From positions 24,120-88,119 of the IMG/VR virus record IMGVR_UViG_2933088407_000001: a stretch of 64,000 nt of DNA. One strand, written 5' to 3'. The notes beneath the pieces were generated by a model. It ran no database searches. It had not been told where the DNA came from and was given only the letters and a program-made list of their open reading frames with translations. Origin of the DNA: a virus (Duplodnaviria > Caudoviricetes). The position numbers were made by a program, and so were the translations under genes. Below are positions 37,725 to 46,314 of the stretch, piece by piece; within the stretch, counting starts at the first letter, position 1, and the number at the start of each line of letters is the position of its first letter.

Positions 37725-37824
37725 AGTTCCTACTACTCGTCCAACGGCCCGAAAATGCCTCTTCGGGCGGGCTTCAGGGGGTGCGAGGAGGTTCTTTCGG
37801 GCCGTGGGATGAGTAGTAGGAACT
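37725..37824. repeat. 30-bp inverted repeat (28/30) with 40-nt spacer
   Basis: AGTTCCTACTACTCGTCCAACGGCCCGAAA ... TTTCGGGCCGTGGGATGAGTAGTAGGAACT. Confidence 0.9.
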
Positions 37825-38419
37825 AGGCGGGGTTACTGCGCGTGCCCTTCTTCGCGGCGTAGACGAGGAACAGGACGAGGGCTCCGCCGCCGATGAGGAG
37901 GCCCTGGTTGACGCCTCCGCTGCTGCTGTCGCCGGCGGTCTGGGAGGAGGCGGCGGCCTCCATGTCGCTGCCGTTGAGGGTGTCGGCGTACTGGGTCTGG
38001 CACGCTTCGACGACGTCGCGGTAGGTGGTGCCGAGGACCTTGCCGACCTGGTCGTCGTGGCTTTTCACGCACGAGTCGATGGAGGCCTGGCGGTTCTTGG
38101 CCTGACTGTTCTGCGCCTTCCGTCCTGCCTCGTTGACCTGGTCTTTCCATTTCATCTTCTGGAGTTCGAGTTCTTGGGTCTTGAGGGCGATTTCCTGTGC
38201 CTTGACTTCGTTGGCGGCGTGAATCTGGTAGCCGACCAGTCCGCTGCTGGCGATGACGGCTGCGCCGATTCCGAGTGCGACCTTGCCGCGCTTGGTCAGG
38301 CCCGGCTTGGTGGTGTGGTGGGGGCCGCCGTAAGGGGTGTTGTCGACGTATTCGGCGGGGTGGTTCACGGGGAATTCCTGGTTCATGATTCGGTCGAATT
38401 CGGGGTCGGGGGCGGGCAT
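37823..38419 (-). CDS. membrane protein (2 TM, periplasm-like coiled coil)
   Basis: MPAPDPEF start after GGAG; TM segments at both ends and a Cys pair. Confidence 0.7.
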   Translation of the reverse strand: MPAPDPEFDRIMNQEFPVNHPAEYVDNTPYGGPHHTTKPGLTKRGKVALGIGAAVIASSGLVGYQIHAANEVKAQEIALKTQELELQKMKWKDQVNEAGRKAQNSQAKNRQASIDSCVKSHDDQVGKVLGTTYRDVVEACQTQYADTLNGSDMEAAASSQTAGDSSSGGVNQGLLIGGGALVLFLVYAAKKGTRSNPA

Positions 38420-38420
38420 T

Positions 38421-38927
38421 TCACTCTCCGTTTTGTCGGGCGGTGCGGGCGGCGGTTTCGAGGAGGGTCTGGACGGCGGGAAACTGCTGGTCGGGGAGGT
38501 CGTTCCAGGCGAAGAACTGCATGCGGACACCGGCCTGGGCGAGGGTCTGCTGCATGTAGTGAGTGGCGCGGTCGCGGGCTTGGGGGGTGACGTGGCCGGT
38601 CTTTTCGAGGAGTTGCTGGGCGCCGCGGATGCAGAGCCGGCCGGTGGGGCTGGTGTCGAGGGACTGGCACCAGCCGTAGCGGCGGAGCACGGCGAGGGTC
38701 TGGTCGAGGTGCGCGGACGGCTTCTGGGGGGTGGGGTCCTGCCACCAGCCGAGGTCAGCGAGCAGACCGCGGACGGTGGCGGGGAGGAGGCGGTGCCCCC
38801 ACGACGGGGCTTCGGGGGCCGTCGGGAGCCCGCGCAGGGCCTCGTCGACCAACTGCCGCGTGGACTTCGAGGGCAGCGGCACAACGGTCGCCGGCGCTGG
38901 CCGTACAGCTTGGTCGATGCTGCTCAT
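38421..38927 (-). CDS. hypothetical protein (GW.Q...G..C..GA...WND family)
   Basis: YGWCQS..GRLCIRGA..FAWND motif; AAGGAG RBS. Confidence 0.7.
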   Translation of the reverse strand: MSSIDQAVRPAPATVVPLPSKSTRQLVDEALRGLPTAPEAPSWGHRLLPATVRGLLADLGWWQDPTPQKPSAHLDQTLAVLRRYGWCQSLDTSPTGRLCIRGAQQLLEKTGHVTPQARDRATHYMQQTLAQAGVRMQFFAWNDLPDQQFPAVQTLLETAARTARQNGE

Positions 38928-38971
38928 GGCGGTCTCCTTCCGGTGCAGGTTGGGGTGTTTGCGCTGGTCAG

Positions 38972-39448
38972 TCAGCCGGTGAGGGCTTGGCCGTAGCACC
39001 GGTCAGCGTGCTCCTGGGCGTGCTTGACGGCGTTGACGAACCAGGCGATGACGTGGCCCTGGCCGCATCCGTGGCAGGTCCAGCGGACGGATTCCTCGCC
39101 GGTGTCGCGGTTGTCGGTGGGGCGGGGGCGGGTGGCGATGACCTCGACGGGGGCGTGGGCGCGGTTGTTGATGCGGAGCCAGACGTGGCCGTTTCCGCTG
39201 GTGGGGAGGTCGGGGCGGAGGGCGTAGACGGCGCTGCGGTCGGTCTCGTGGAGGCGTCCGCTGCTGTGCAGGGCGTGGAGGGCGTTGTAGGCGTCGGTGT
39301 AGCCGACGGTGGGCTGGCCGGCGCCGCGGAGGTATTCGATGACGGTGAAGGGGGTGATGCGTTCGTTGATCTCGGCGACCTGGTGGAGGTTGGCGGCGAG
39401 GTCGGCGATGAGCTCGTCGGTGGACAGCGGCTGGGCGACGGTGGTCAT
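38972..39448 (-). CDS. hypothetical protein with C-terminal CxxC...HxxxC zinc finger
   Basis: WTCHGCG...AQEHADRC; AAGGAG RBS. Confidence 0.7.
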   Translation of the reverse strand: MTTVAQPLSTDELIADLAANLHQVAEINERITPFTVIEYLRGAGQPTVGYTDAYNALHALHSSGRLHETDRSAVYALRPDLPTSGNGHVWLRINNRAHAPVEVIATRPRPTDNRDTGEESVRWTCHGCGQGHVIAWFVNAVKHAQEHADRCYGQALTG

Positions 39449-39508
39449 GTCGGGCTCCTTCGGTCAGGTGTGGGTGGCTTGTGATGGGCGGTTCAGAGCG
39501 GTTGGCGG

Positions 39509-40714
39509 TTACGCGTTGTTGCCGGTGACCTTGGTGTGGACGTCCTTGTACAGGGCGCGAATGTCGTCGGTCTTCAGCCCGTATCCGGCATCGCGCCACG
39601 CCTTCTCGAAGGCGTTCTGCGAGGGGGCCGGGCCGGTCTTGCGGAGGTCGAAGTAGAGGTCGAAGGCGAGCCTGTGCCGGTCCGCTGTGCCCGTGTCGGG
39701 CCCCTTGTTCGCCTTCGCCTCGCCGGGGTTCGCCTCGGGCGTGCCTTCCTCTCGCCCCTGGGTGCGCCCTGATGCGCCCCCGCTGGTCAGGGCGCTGATG
39801 TCGTCGGGCGTGGCCTCCGGTGCGCCCTGCGGGTCGCTGGCGGGGCGCAGGGACCGCAGGGCGTAGGTCTCGGCCCGTTCCGGGAGGTTTTTGAAGGCGC
39901 CCATGCGGTCGATGCGGGTGGTGATCTGCATCTCGACGCCGAGCTGGTCGAGGGTGTCGTTCAGGCCGTGGAAGGAGGCGTCGCCGGCGCGCATCAGGGC
40001 CTTCTCGTAGCGGCGCTGGCCGAGCTTGCCACCGAGCCACCAGGGCTTACCGAGAGTGGCCAGTGCGACGATCTTGTCCTGTGCGTTGCGGCGGCTGATG
40101 GACTGGGCGTCGGCGCCGCGGGTTCCGATGCCGAGCTTGGATTCGAGGCGCTTCATCCGGTCGCGCCACGCGCGGGCGAGCATGCTGTCGGACTTGACCT
40201 GGATCTTGCCGAGCTTCGCCTCGAGGCCGAGGAGCTTGTGCAGGCCATAGGCGAGCATCACCGGGCCGACGATCCGGACGAACGCGGTGCCAAGGTCCTC
40301 GTGCTCTTGCCGGACGACCTCGACGGCTCCGATCGCCTGGGCGAAGACGAGGAAGTAGGCGGTGCGGGTTGAGCCCTTGTCGTTGAAGGCCCAGGCGTAC
40401 AGCGACAGGCCGAGGACGATTGCCTCGAGCACGAGGCCGACCGTCATGTGAAGCGGCGACTCCATGTGGAGCCGCTTCTGGGCGAAGCGGGCCGAGGTGT
40501 TGGTGGAGAGGGCGAGGCCGGCGGCGGCGACGAGGCTCATGCCGAGGAAGCCGATGAGGCTGCGGCGCTTCTTGGCGTCGCGGGGCTTCTTGCGGTCGGT
40601 GCGGCCGCGGGTCTTGGCGATGCGGTAGCCGAAGGCGAGGGTGAACAGGGCGAGCAGGACGGCCCATGCCTCTCCGGGCACCTGCGCGACCGCGTTCAGC
40701 GTCTGGGAAAGCAT
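39509..40714 (-). CDS. multi-TM plasmid spread (Spd-like) protein
   Basis: Several N-terminal TM helices, soluble C-terminus with an HTH-like end; located in the transfer operon. Confidence 0.6.
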   Translation of the reverse strand: MLSQTLNAVAQVPGEAWAVLLALFTLAFGYRIAKTRGRTDRKKPRDAKKRRSLIGFLGMSLVAAAGLALSTNTSARFAQKRLHMESPLHMTVGLVLEAIVLGLSLYAWAFNDKGSTRTAYFLVFAQAIGAVEVVRQEHEDLGTAFVRIVGPVMLAYGLHKLLGLEAKLGKIQVKSDSMLARAWRDRMKRLESKLGIGTRGADAQSISRRNAQDKIVALATLGKPWWLGGKLGQRRYEKALMRAGDASFHGLNDTLDQLGVEMQITTRIDRMGAFKNLPERAETYALRSLRPASDPQGAPEATPDDISALTSGGASGRTQGREEGTPEANPGEAKANKGPDTGTADRHRLAFDLYFDLRKTGPAPSQNAFEKAWRDAGYGLKTDDIRALYKDVHTKVTGNNA

Positions 40715-40792
40715 GGGCGGGTCGGTCCTTTCGGTGTGGTGGTGCTGCGGGGCCTGGCCTGTCGGCTCGACCAGGTCCCGGTCGATGGGGGG

Positions 40793-40999
40793 TTAGTTGC
40801 TGCGCAGGGTGTCTGCGGCGTTCTTGAGGGGTCCGCCGGCGTCGTCGATCGCGTCGCGGGCGGTGTAGGCGGCTTCGACGACGCGGTTGATGTCGGTGTC
40901 GGTCATGCCTGCGGGGTCGTGGGAGGCGCCGGATTCCGCGAGGGCGGTGCGGCGGTTGTCGATGGCGGCGATTGCTTTGGTTTCGGCCTTGGGCAGCAC
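40793..40999 (-). CDS. hypothetical protein
   Basis: GTG start after AAGGAG. Confidence 0.6.
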   Translation of the reverse strand: MLPKAETKAIAAIDNRRTALAESGASHDPAGMTDTDINRVVEAAYTARDAIDDAGGPLKNAADTLRSN

Positions 41000-41026
41000 T
41001 GGGTCTCCTTCAATGCGATTGGGGGT

Positions 41027-41060
41027 GGTGGGGCCCGCCGTGTCGGCTCCGGCGGGCCCC
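41027..41060. repeat. 34-bp intergenic hairpin, copy 1
   Basis: GGTGGGGCCCGCCGTGTCGGCTCCGGCGGGCCCC, 33/34 identical to 41816-41849. Confidence 0.85.
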
Positions 41061-41072
41061 CGCGGGCGGTGG

Positions 41073-41363
41073 CTACTTGTCGCGCTTGCCGGTGAGGTTG
41101 ATCCGGACTCGGGACTGCGGCATATGGGCGGGGAGGGCGTCACGCACGTGGGCGGGGAGCTTGAAGGCGTTGCGCACGTAGTCCTGGTCCGACAGTTCGG
41201 TGCTGCCTTCCAGCGCGTCGCGGACCCAGGTGGTGTCCATGAGGCTTCCGGCGTCGGCGACGCGCAGCCACAGTTCGCGGATGACGGCGTTGAGTTCGCT
41301 GACCTGGGCGTTGAGGCGCTGGTTGTCGGCTTCGATGCTGGCTGGCGTCGCGGTGGCGCTCAT
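41073..41363 (-). CDS. hypothetical protein
   Basis: ORF track; GGAG RBS. Confidence 0.65.
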   Translation of the reverse strand: MSATATPASIEADNQRLNAQVSELNAVIRELWLRVADAGSLMDTTWVRDALEGSTELSDQDYVRNAFKLPAHVRDALPAHMPQSRVRINLTGKRDK

Positions 41364-41383
41364 CGGGTTCTTCTCCGTTCTGG

Positions 41384-41794
41384 TCAGCGGTTGTCGGCGG
41401 TCTGGGTGACGGTGAGGTCGGGGTGGAACTCGCGGGTGTGTGCGATGCGCTGGTCGGCGATGTCGGGGGCGTTGGTGGTGAACTGGTCGAGGAAGGTGCC
41501 GTCGGCGTCTTCGACGCGGTAGCGGGTGAGGTCCATGGCTGCTCCTTCGTGGTCTGCGGAGGGTGCGGGCCCCGCGGGGAGGGGTGGCCAGTTGCCGCGC
41601 TTGGTGCCGCCGCGCCAGCGGGACACCTTCGCGGCGGCCGCGTTGGCGGCGGCGTTGAGGCGCTGGTACTCGGGGGTCTCCTCGCGGATGCCGGCGCGGC
41701 GTTCGCGGTCGCTGTTGTCGTTGAGGGCCTTGTCGGCGGCGCGGAGGTCGGCGATGGCCTGCCGCTTGGCGGCTCGGTCTTCCTTGCTGCTCAT
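41384..41794 (-). CDS. hypothetical protein; probably two in-frame genes (second start ATG at 41536)
   Basis: Both ATGs are preceded by CACGAAGGAGCAGCC, and the linker is a GC-rich intergenic-like sequence. Confidence 0.55.
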   Translation of the reverse strand: MSSKEDRAAKRQAIADLRAADKALNDNSDRERRAGIREETPEYQRLNAAANAAAAKVSRWRGGTKRGNWPPLPAGPAPSADHEGAAMDLTRYRVEDADGTFLDQFTTNAPDIADQRIAHTREFHPDLTVTQTADNR

Positions 41795-41815
41795 GGGCTG
41801 CTCCTTCGTGGTTGG

Positions 41816-41849
41816 GGTGGGGCCCGCCGTGTCGGCTCCGACGGGCCCC
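41816..41849. repeat. 34-bp intergenic hairpin, copy 2
   Basis: GGTGGGGCCCGCCGTGTCGGCTCCGACGGGCCCC. Confidence 0.85.
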
Positions 41850-41859
41850 GGGAGGGTGG

Positions 41860-42048
41860 TCAGTCCTTGGCGGTGTTGAGCTGGGCGATCGTGTGCCAGG
41901 GGTACGTGGTCTCGCGGGTCGGGTAGAGGGTGCGGACCATCACGCCGTGGCCGAGGACGTGGAGCTGGACGTTGTCGTCGTCGGTGAAGTCGCTGCGCTT
42001 GATGGGGTCGCCGTTGATGAGGCTGATGGTCCAGTTGGTGGGCTCCAT
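41860..42048 (-). CDS. hypothetical protein
   Basis: AGGAG RBS; fits the operon. Confidence 0.6.
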   Translation of the reverse strand: MEPTNWTISLINGDPIKRSDFTDDDNVQLHVLGHGVMVRTLYPTRETTYPWHTIAQLNTAKD

Positions 42049-42058
42049 GGCGGGTCTC

Positions 42059-42421
42059 CTATGCGGGGTTGAGGTTGTAGGCGGCGGTCTCGGCGAGTCC
42101 GCTGCGGCTCAGGTCGGTCAGTTCGGCGGCGATCTGCCGGAGGGCTGCCTTGGCGGCGTGCCGGCGGTCGGCGGGGAGGTTCTGTACGGCCGGGGAGTCG
42201 GCCTTCGCCTTCACCGCGAGGGCGAGGAGGGCGAGGGCGCCGTCTTCCGCGAAGAGGCTGGCGGTGAGGTTGGCGAGCTGGTCGGAGTCGTGACTGGTGT
42301 GGTGGATGGTGAGGATGGAGTTGAGGAGTTGGTCGAGCGGGGTGCTCGTGCCGTACAGCTCGTCGGCCGTGGTCAGCAGGTCGGCGGTGACGTCCGGGGT
42401 GGCCGTCAGGGCGGCGGTCAC
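42059..42421 (-). CDS. hypothetical protein
   Basis: GTG start overlapping the upstream TGA. Confidence 0.6.
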   Translation of the reverse strand: MTAALTATPDVTADLLTTADELYGTSTPLDQLLNSILTIHHTSHDSDQLANLTASLFAEDGALALLALAVKAKADSPAVQNLPADRRHAAKAALRQIAAELTDLSRSGLAETAAYNLNPA

Positions 42422-42600
42422 GTGAGGTCCATGCCGAGGTGCGGCGCGAGGGCGAGGAGCGCGGTGAACGCGATCTCGACGTTGGGCGCGTTGTCCATGA
42501 GGTCGATGGCGATCTCGTCGTAGTCGATGCCGACGGCGAAGAAGGCGTTGACCTCGGCGACCAGCTGGGGCGGGTACCCGGCGTCGGGGAATCCGGTCAT
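42418..42600 (-). CDS. hypothetical protein
   Basis: ATGA coupling to the upstream gene. Confidence 0.55.
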   Translation of the reverse strand: MTGFPDAGYPPQLVAEVNAFFAVGIDYDEIAIDLMDNAPNVEIAFTALLALAPHLGMDLT

Positions 42601-42896
42601 CGGGCGCCGTCCGGGCGGGGCATCGCGCGGCACTTCTCGGCGTGCGCCTGGGCCCACTCGCGGCTCTCGGGCAGCGCCTCTTCGACACGCTCGGCCTCCC
42701 GCTCCGGCGGGTCATCGAGGCGTCCGTGGGTCTCGGTGTACTCGTCGTCGCCGCAGCCTGCGCAGGTGGCGACGAGGTACCCGCTGTGGCTGGTGTAGGT
42801 GATCTCGACGTAGGCGGTCGGGTCGGCCGTACCGGCGACGGTCAGGTAGCGGGCGATGACGCCCTCGGGCCAGGTGGCCTGGGTGCTGGTGCTCAT
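42597..42896 (-). CDS. zinc-finger protein (CxxC...HxxxC)
   Basis: WPEGVIARYLTVAG...CAGCG...AQAHAEKCRAMP; similar C-terminal motif to 38972-39448. Confidence 0.7.
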   Translation of the reverse strand: MSTSTQATWPEGVIARYLTVAGTADPTAYVEITYTSHSGYLVATCAGCGDDEYTETHGRLDDPPEREAERVEEALPESREWAQAHAEKCRAMPRPDGAR

Positions 42897-43276
42897 CAGG
42901 CACCTCCGACGGCGACGAGGCGCGGGCGCTGCGCGGGCTCGGCGACGGCGTCCATGACCGCGGTCAGGTCGTCATCGCCAGCCAGGCGATCCGCGGCGTC
43001 GTTGAACACGCGGGTCAGGGTCCGGACGACGCTCGCGGGGAGACCGGAAGCGCCACCGACGGTGGTGCGGGTGGCGGGGTCGGCGATGTCGTGGCTGGCG
43101 GCCATCTCCCCCAGCTCCCCAGCGGGGGCGGCGTCGAGGGCGGCCTGCACGAGGCGAGCGAAGGCGACAGCGTGCTCAAGGAGCAGATCGTCGGCCTGGG
43201 GCCGGATCGGGACCACCGGGCGCGTAATGCGCGGGGTGATGGCGCTCCTTGTCGAAGCGCAAGTAGCATCGAACAT
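42896..43276 (-). CDS. hypothetical protein, first gene of the transfer operon
   Basis: ATG at 43276 after CAGGAGG; this is the 3' end of the spurious 1112-aa ORF. Confidence 0.65.
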   Translation of the reverse strand: MFDATCASTRSAITPRITRPVVPIRPQADDLLLEHAVAFARLVQAALDAAPAGELGEMAASHDIADPATRTTVGGASGLPASVVRTLTRVFNDAADRLAGDDDLTAVMDAVAEPAQRPRLVAVGGA

Positions 43277-43442
43277 GGTTGACCTCCTGGTTACGCAGGG
43301 GTTTGACCGGTCCGTCCAGGCGTTGGCGCGCCGTTCGGGATATGAGAGGCCCCGGTCGGCCGAGAACCGACCGGGGTTTCTTGCTGTCTCCGACACTAGA
43401 GCAGTACTGGCGCATTGACAAGTACTATGGAGAGGTGAGCAA

Positions 43443-43730
43443 ATGAAGGAGTCGAACGAAAGGAGGGAAGTCCCGGAAATGGTGACGTTCACAGAGATCG
43501 CAAAGCGCGTGACCGACCGGAACCTCGTCTCGAGACCGATCACGCGGCAAGGCGTCCGCCACATCGCCGAGACGGATCCGGCGTGGCCTGTGCCTGCGGA
43601 CCGCTGGATGAAAATTGGCAACGCCTGGGCGATGCCCTGGGAGCCCATCAAGGAGTTCTTCGAGCAGAGGGAGAGTCGCGGGCGCGGGCCCGACAAGACT
43701 CCCCGACGCCGTACAGACAGGGAGGACTGA
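43443..43730 (+). CDS. Xis/MerR-like winged-helix DNA-binding protein (Kor-like, divergent from the transfer operon)
   Basis: VTFTEIAKRV..ITRQGVRHIA..WP; TTGACA and AGTACT palindromes upstream. Confidence 0.65.
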   Translation: MKESNERREVPEMVTFTEIAKRVTDRNLVSRPITRQGVRHIAETDPAWPVPADRWMKIGNAWAMPWEPIKEFFEQRESRGRGPDKTPRRRTDRED

Positions 43731-43732
43731 GG

Positions 43733-44131
43733 TTGACGAACGCGCCGTCCGCAGGAGCTGTCCCCCACCCAGGGGTCGGCGCCGGCGACCAGACGTCGGT
43801 CTACCGCTTGCGGGACCGAGCAGGGCACCTGCTCTACGTCGGCATGGGCCGCAACCCGATGGGCCGCTGGGCGTCGCATGCCGAGCAGCACGCGTGGTGG
43901 AGCAATGTGGCCACATTCGACGTGCTCTGGTTCGACACTCGCACAGAGGCGGCAGAGGCGGAGCGGCGCGCGATTCGGGAGGAATCCCCCATGCACAACA
44001 TTCACGGCCGGCCGGGCTGGGGGCGCTACACGGTGGCCAAGTACGCCGAGACCCGGAAGCGCAATGCCGCACTGCAAGCCGAGCGAAGGGCTCAGCGCCG
44101 CCTGAGTGGATCGGGGTGCAGCGACGACTAG
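43733..44131 (+). CDS. GIY-YIG nuclease family protein
   Basis: SVYRLRD..LLYVG..R W..H..WW..EAAEAERRAI..P.HN. Confidence 0.8.
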   Translation: MTNAPSAGAVPHPGVGAGDQTSVYRLRDRAGHLLYVGMGRNPMGRWASHAEQHAWWSNVATFDVLWFDTRTEAAEAERRAIREESPMHNIHGRPGWGRYTVAKYAETRKRNAALQAERRAQRRLSGSGCSDD

Positions 44132-44332
44132 CCAACCCGCGCGCGGGCCTCCGTTGAGGGCTTGAGCGCGCGAGCGGACGACTGGTGTGGAAGACCAGCC
44201 GCCCGCCCTGAGCAACGTCGACCTTCGCAGCCGGTCGACGGAAATGAACCAGCCCTTGTCAGAGAGGTTCCTTGTGAGCGTAACCCTTCCGCTTGGCGCT
44301 CCGCCAAGTGCTGAGTTGATCGAGTCTGCCTC

Positions 44333-44629
44333 ATGACGGCCTCCGGCCCCGCAGACGAGCAAGACACACGCCTGCCGCCCGCAGTGACTTTCACTTCCGG
44401 CGCTGAGCTGCTGACGCGTCTGGGCATCGTCGAACGGATCACGCGCGAAGGTGTCCGGCACATCTCGACATCGGACCTGTATAGGGACGAATGGCCCTTT
44501 GGTCCTGATAAGCCACACCCGTACGGCAAGGCCGGCACGGCGGTGCTTATGGCAACCGAGCCGTTCCTTGAGTTCTTTCGCACCGTCTACCAGCGCCCGC
44601 GGCCAGAGTCCGATGAAGGCGCCACGTAG
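44333..44629 (+). CDS. Xis-like DNA-binding protein, paralogue of 43443-43730
   Basis: Shared VTF...ITRxGVRHI...WP...M..EP..EFF pattern. Confidence 0.65.
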   Translation: MTASGPADEQDTRLPPAVTFTSGAELLTRLGIVERITREGVRHISTSDLYRDEWPFGPDKPHPYGKAGTAVLMATEPFLEFFRTVYQRPRPESDEGAT

Positions 44630-44640
44630 CCAGAACGCAC

Positions 44641-44677
44641 GAACGGCCAGCGGATTTCGCAGGTCCGCTGGCCGTTC
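44641..44677 (+). terminator. 14-bp perfect hairpin upstream of rep (terminator/attenuator)
   Basis: GAACGGCCAGCGGA-9 nt-TCCGCTGGCCGTTC. Confidence 0.6.
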
Positions 44678-44806
44678 AAGCAGTACAGCGAGTGGCTGCT
44701 CGCTGATGAAGGCACTCCCCGGCAAAAGGAAGGCGCTCTCGATGAGAGTAGCCGACGGCATTGACTCCGTCAGCACAGGGCAGTCCACGTCCGGACTGGT
44801 GGCGCA

Positions 44807-46048
44807 ATGACAGCCCCAGATCGGCCGAAGGAGCCGCACTACACCAAGGTTCCCGAGTGGGCTACCGAATCGGGCGCGAATGGCATGGAGCTGGCCGTCT
44901 ACCAGCACATGGCCAAGCGTCTTCACCACACCAGCAACGAGCGGACGGTAGATCCCAGCCGCGCCAGGTTGGCTGCCGACGTTGGGTTGAAGAAACCAGA
45001 CGACGTCGACCCGTACGTCCGTGCCCTTGCCACCTTGGGCCTGATCGTCATACACGCCCGTAAAGGCATGAGGACGAAGTACGAGCTGCCGCTGTGGCCG
45101 CCGACCGGATGGGAGGGCCCTGCTAACACGTTCGCAGCGGACAAGTGGGAGAGGGAGGACCCGAAGGGGTTCAAGGCGTGGAAGGCAGGCCAGCGAGCCA
45201 AAGTAGAGGCGGCTGAAGCCCCGTACGCGGCGAAGAAGCGTGCTCGTGTGACCAAGAGCAGGGCCAAGAGAGAGGCCTCGAACCACCCCGTTGCAACGGG
45301 TAGCTCCAACTCTTCCGACGTACCCGTTGCAACGGGTAGCCCCGTACCCGCTGCAACGGGTAACCACCAACCTGTTGCAACGGGTACGAACCAGGACGAC
45401 CCAAACGACCAGACGAATATGGGTGACGGCCGTAGGCCAACCCCCTGTAGGGGGGCTGACGGGGGTAGCGGCTTCGCCGCGCCAGCAAGCGAGCGCGATC
45501 AGGCAGACAGCAAGCCGCTGCCGTACGGCGACATCAGCGCCGTTCTCGGGGTGGTTCCCCGTCCGCTGGCTCTTCTCCTCGAGCGGGACTTCCCGGCTGG
45601 CCTGCCTGGAACGGTGCACAAGCGAGTTACCGAAGCCCTCGAGGAACCGCGGACAGTGAACGAGGTGCAGGCTCGGATTAGCCGCAGGTGGGCCCGTTAC
45701 GAGGACGACGCTCTGTCGCTGACCGGGCAGGGGATTAATGAGTCGATTGCCGTGCTGTACGCCCTGATCGCTCCATCCTGGTGCGAGGGCGGCAATGTGC
45801 GGTGTGAAGACGGGATGGACCTGGACCGCGAGGAGGAGTGCCGGATCTGCGTCGAGAAGCGGGCAGAGTTCCACGCCCAGCGCTCCCCCGGGAAGCCGGC
45901 CGACCAGACCGATGCTGACGAGGAGACACCGCAGCCCGCGGCGTACGTGCCGGAGCAGGTAGCTGCTGTTTCCCTCGAGGAGCGGGCAGATGAGTGGAGG
46001 GCCGCTCGTGAACAGGCTCGAGCCAATCGGTCCTCGGCGAAGCTCTGA
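44807..46048 (+). CDS. replication initiator protein (N-terminal wHTH, lambda O-like organisation)
   Basis: YTKVPEW..LAVY..PSRARLAADVG..LATLGLI..Y wHTH; linker containing iterons; C-terminal Cys cluster. Confidence 0.75.
   Translation: MTAPDRPKEPHYTKVPEWATESGANGMELAVYQHMAKRLHHTSNERTVDPSRARLAADVGLKKPDDVDPYVRALATLGLIVIHARKGMRTKYELPLWPPTGWEGPANTFAADKWEREDPKGFKAWKAGQRAKVEAAEAPYAAKKRARVTKSRAKREASNHPVATGSSNSSDVPVATGSPVPAATGNHQPVATGTNQDDPNDQTNMGDGRRPTPCRGADGGSGFAAPASERDQADSKPLPYGDISAVLGVVPRPLALLLERDFPAGLPGTVHKRVTEALEEPRTVNEVQARISRRWARYEDDALSLTGQGINESIAVLYALIAPSWCEGGNVRCEDGMDLDREEECRICVEKRAEFHAQRSPGKPADQTDADEETPQPAAYVPEQVAAVSLEERADEWRAAREQARANRSSAKL
45285..45386. repeat. four palindromic 18-bp iterons (candidate origin)
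   Basis: TACCCGTTGCAACGGGTA-type copies at 45285, 45321 (perfect palindrome), 45345 and 45369. Confidence 0.85.
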
Positions 46049-46314
46049 GGGTGTCGCTGGCGCCTGCGCTGCGGTGCAGGCGCCAGCGGGCGATGGGCAG
46101 GTACAGACCTGGTGGTCAGTTGCGGCGCGTGCATCAAGCTTTTCGTGCATCTCGCCCCCTCTGGCTCCGGTCCGTTCGGCCCGTGAACCAGCCTGCTGCG
46201 GGTCGCGTCTGGGCAAGATTCGCTGGTGATGCACTGGTGATTCACTGCCGGTGCATCAGCGGGCATAACCTGCACAAGAAGCCGTCTACGAGGCGTGGGA
46301 GAGGGGTTTGACGG

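Noticed and set aside
42896-46234. 1112-aa minus-strand ORF
   Set aside because: It is the codon-aligned antisense shadow of the plus-strand GIY-YIG, Xis-like and rep genes in GC-rich DNA. Only the last 126 codons (from the ATG at 43276, which has an RBS) look real.
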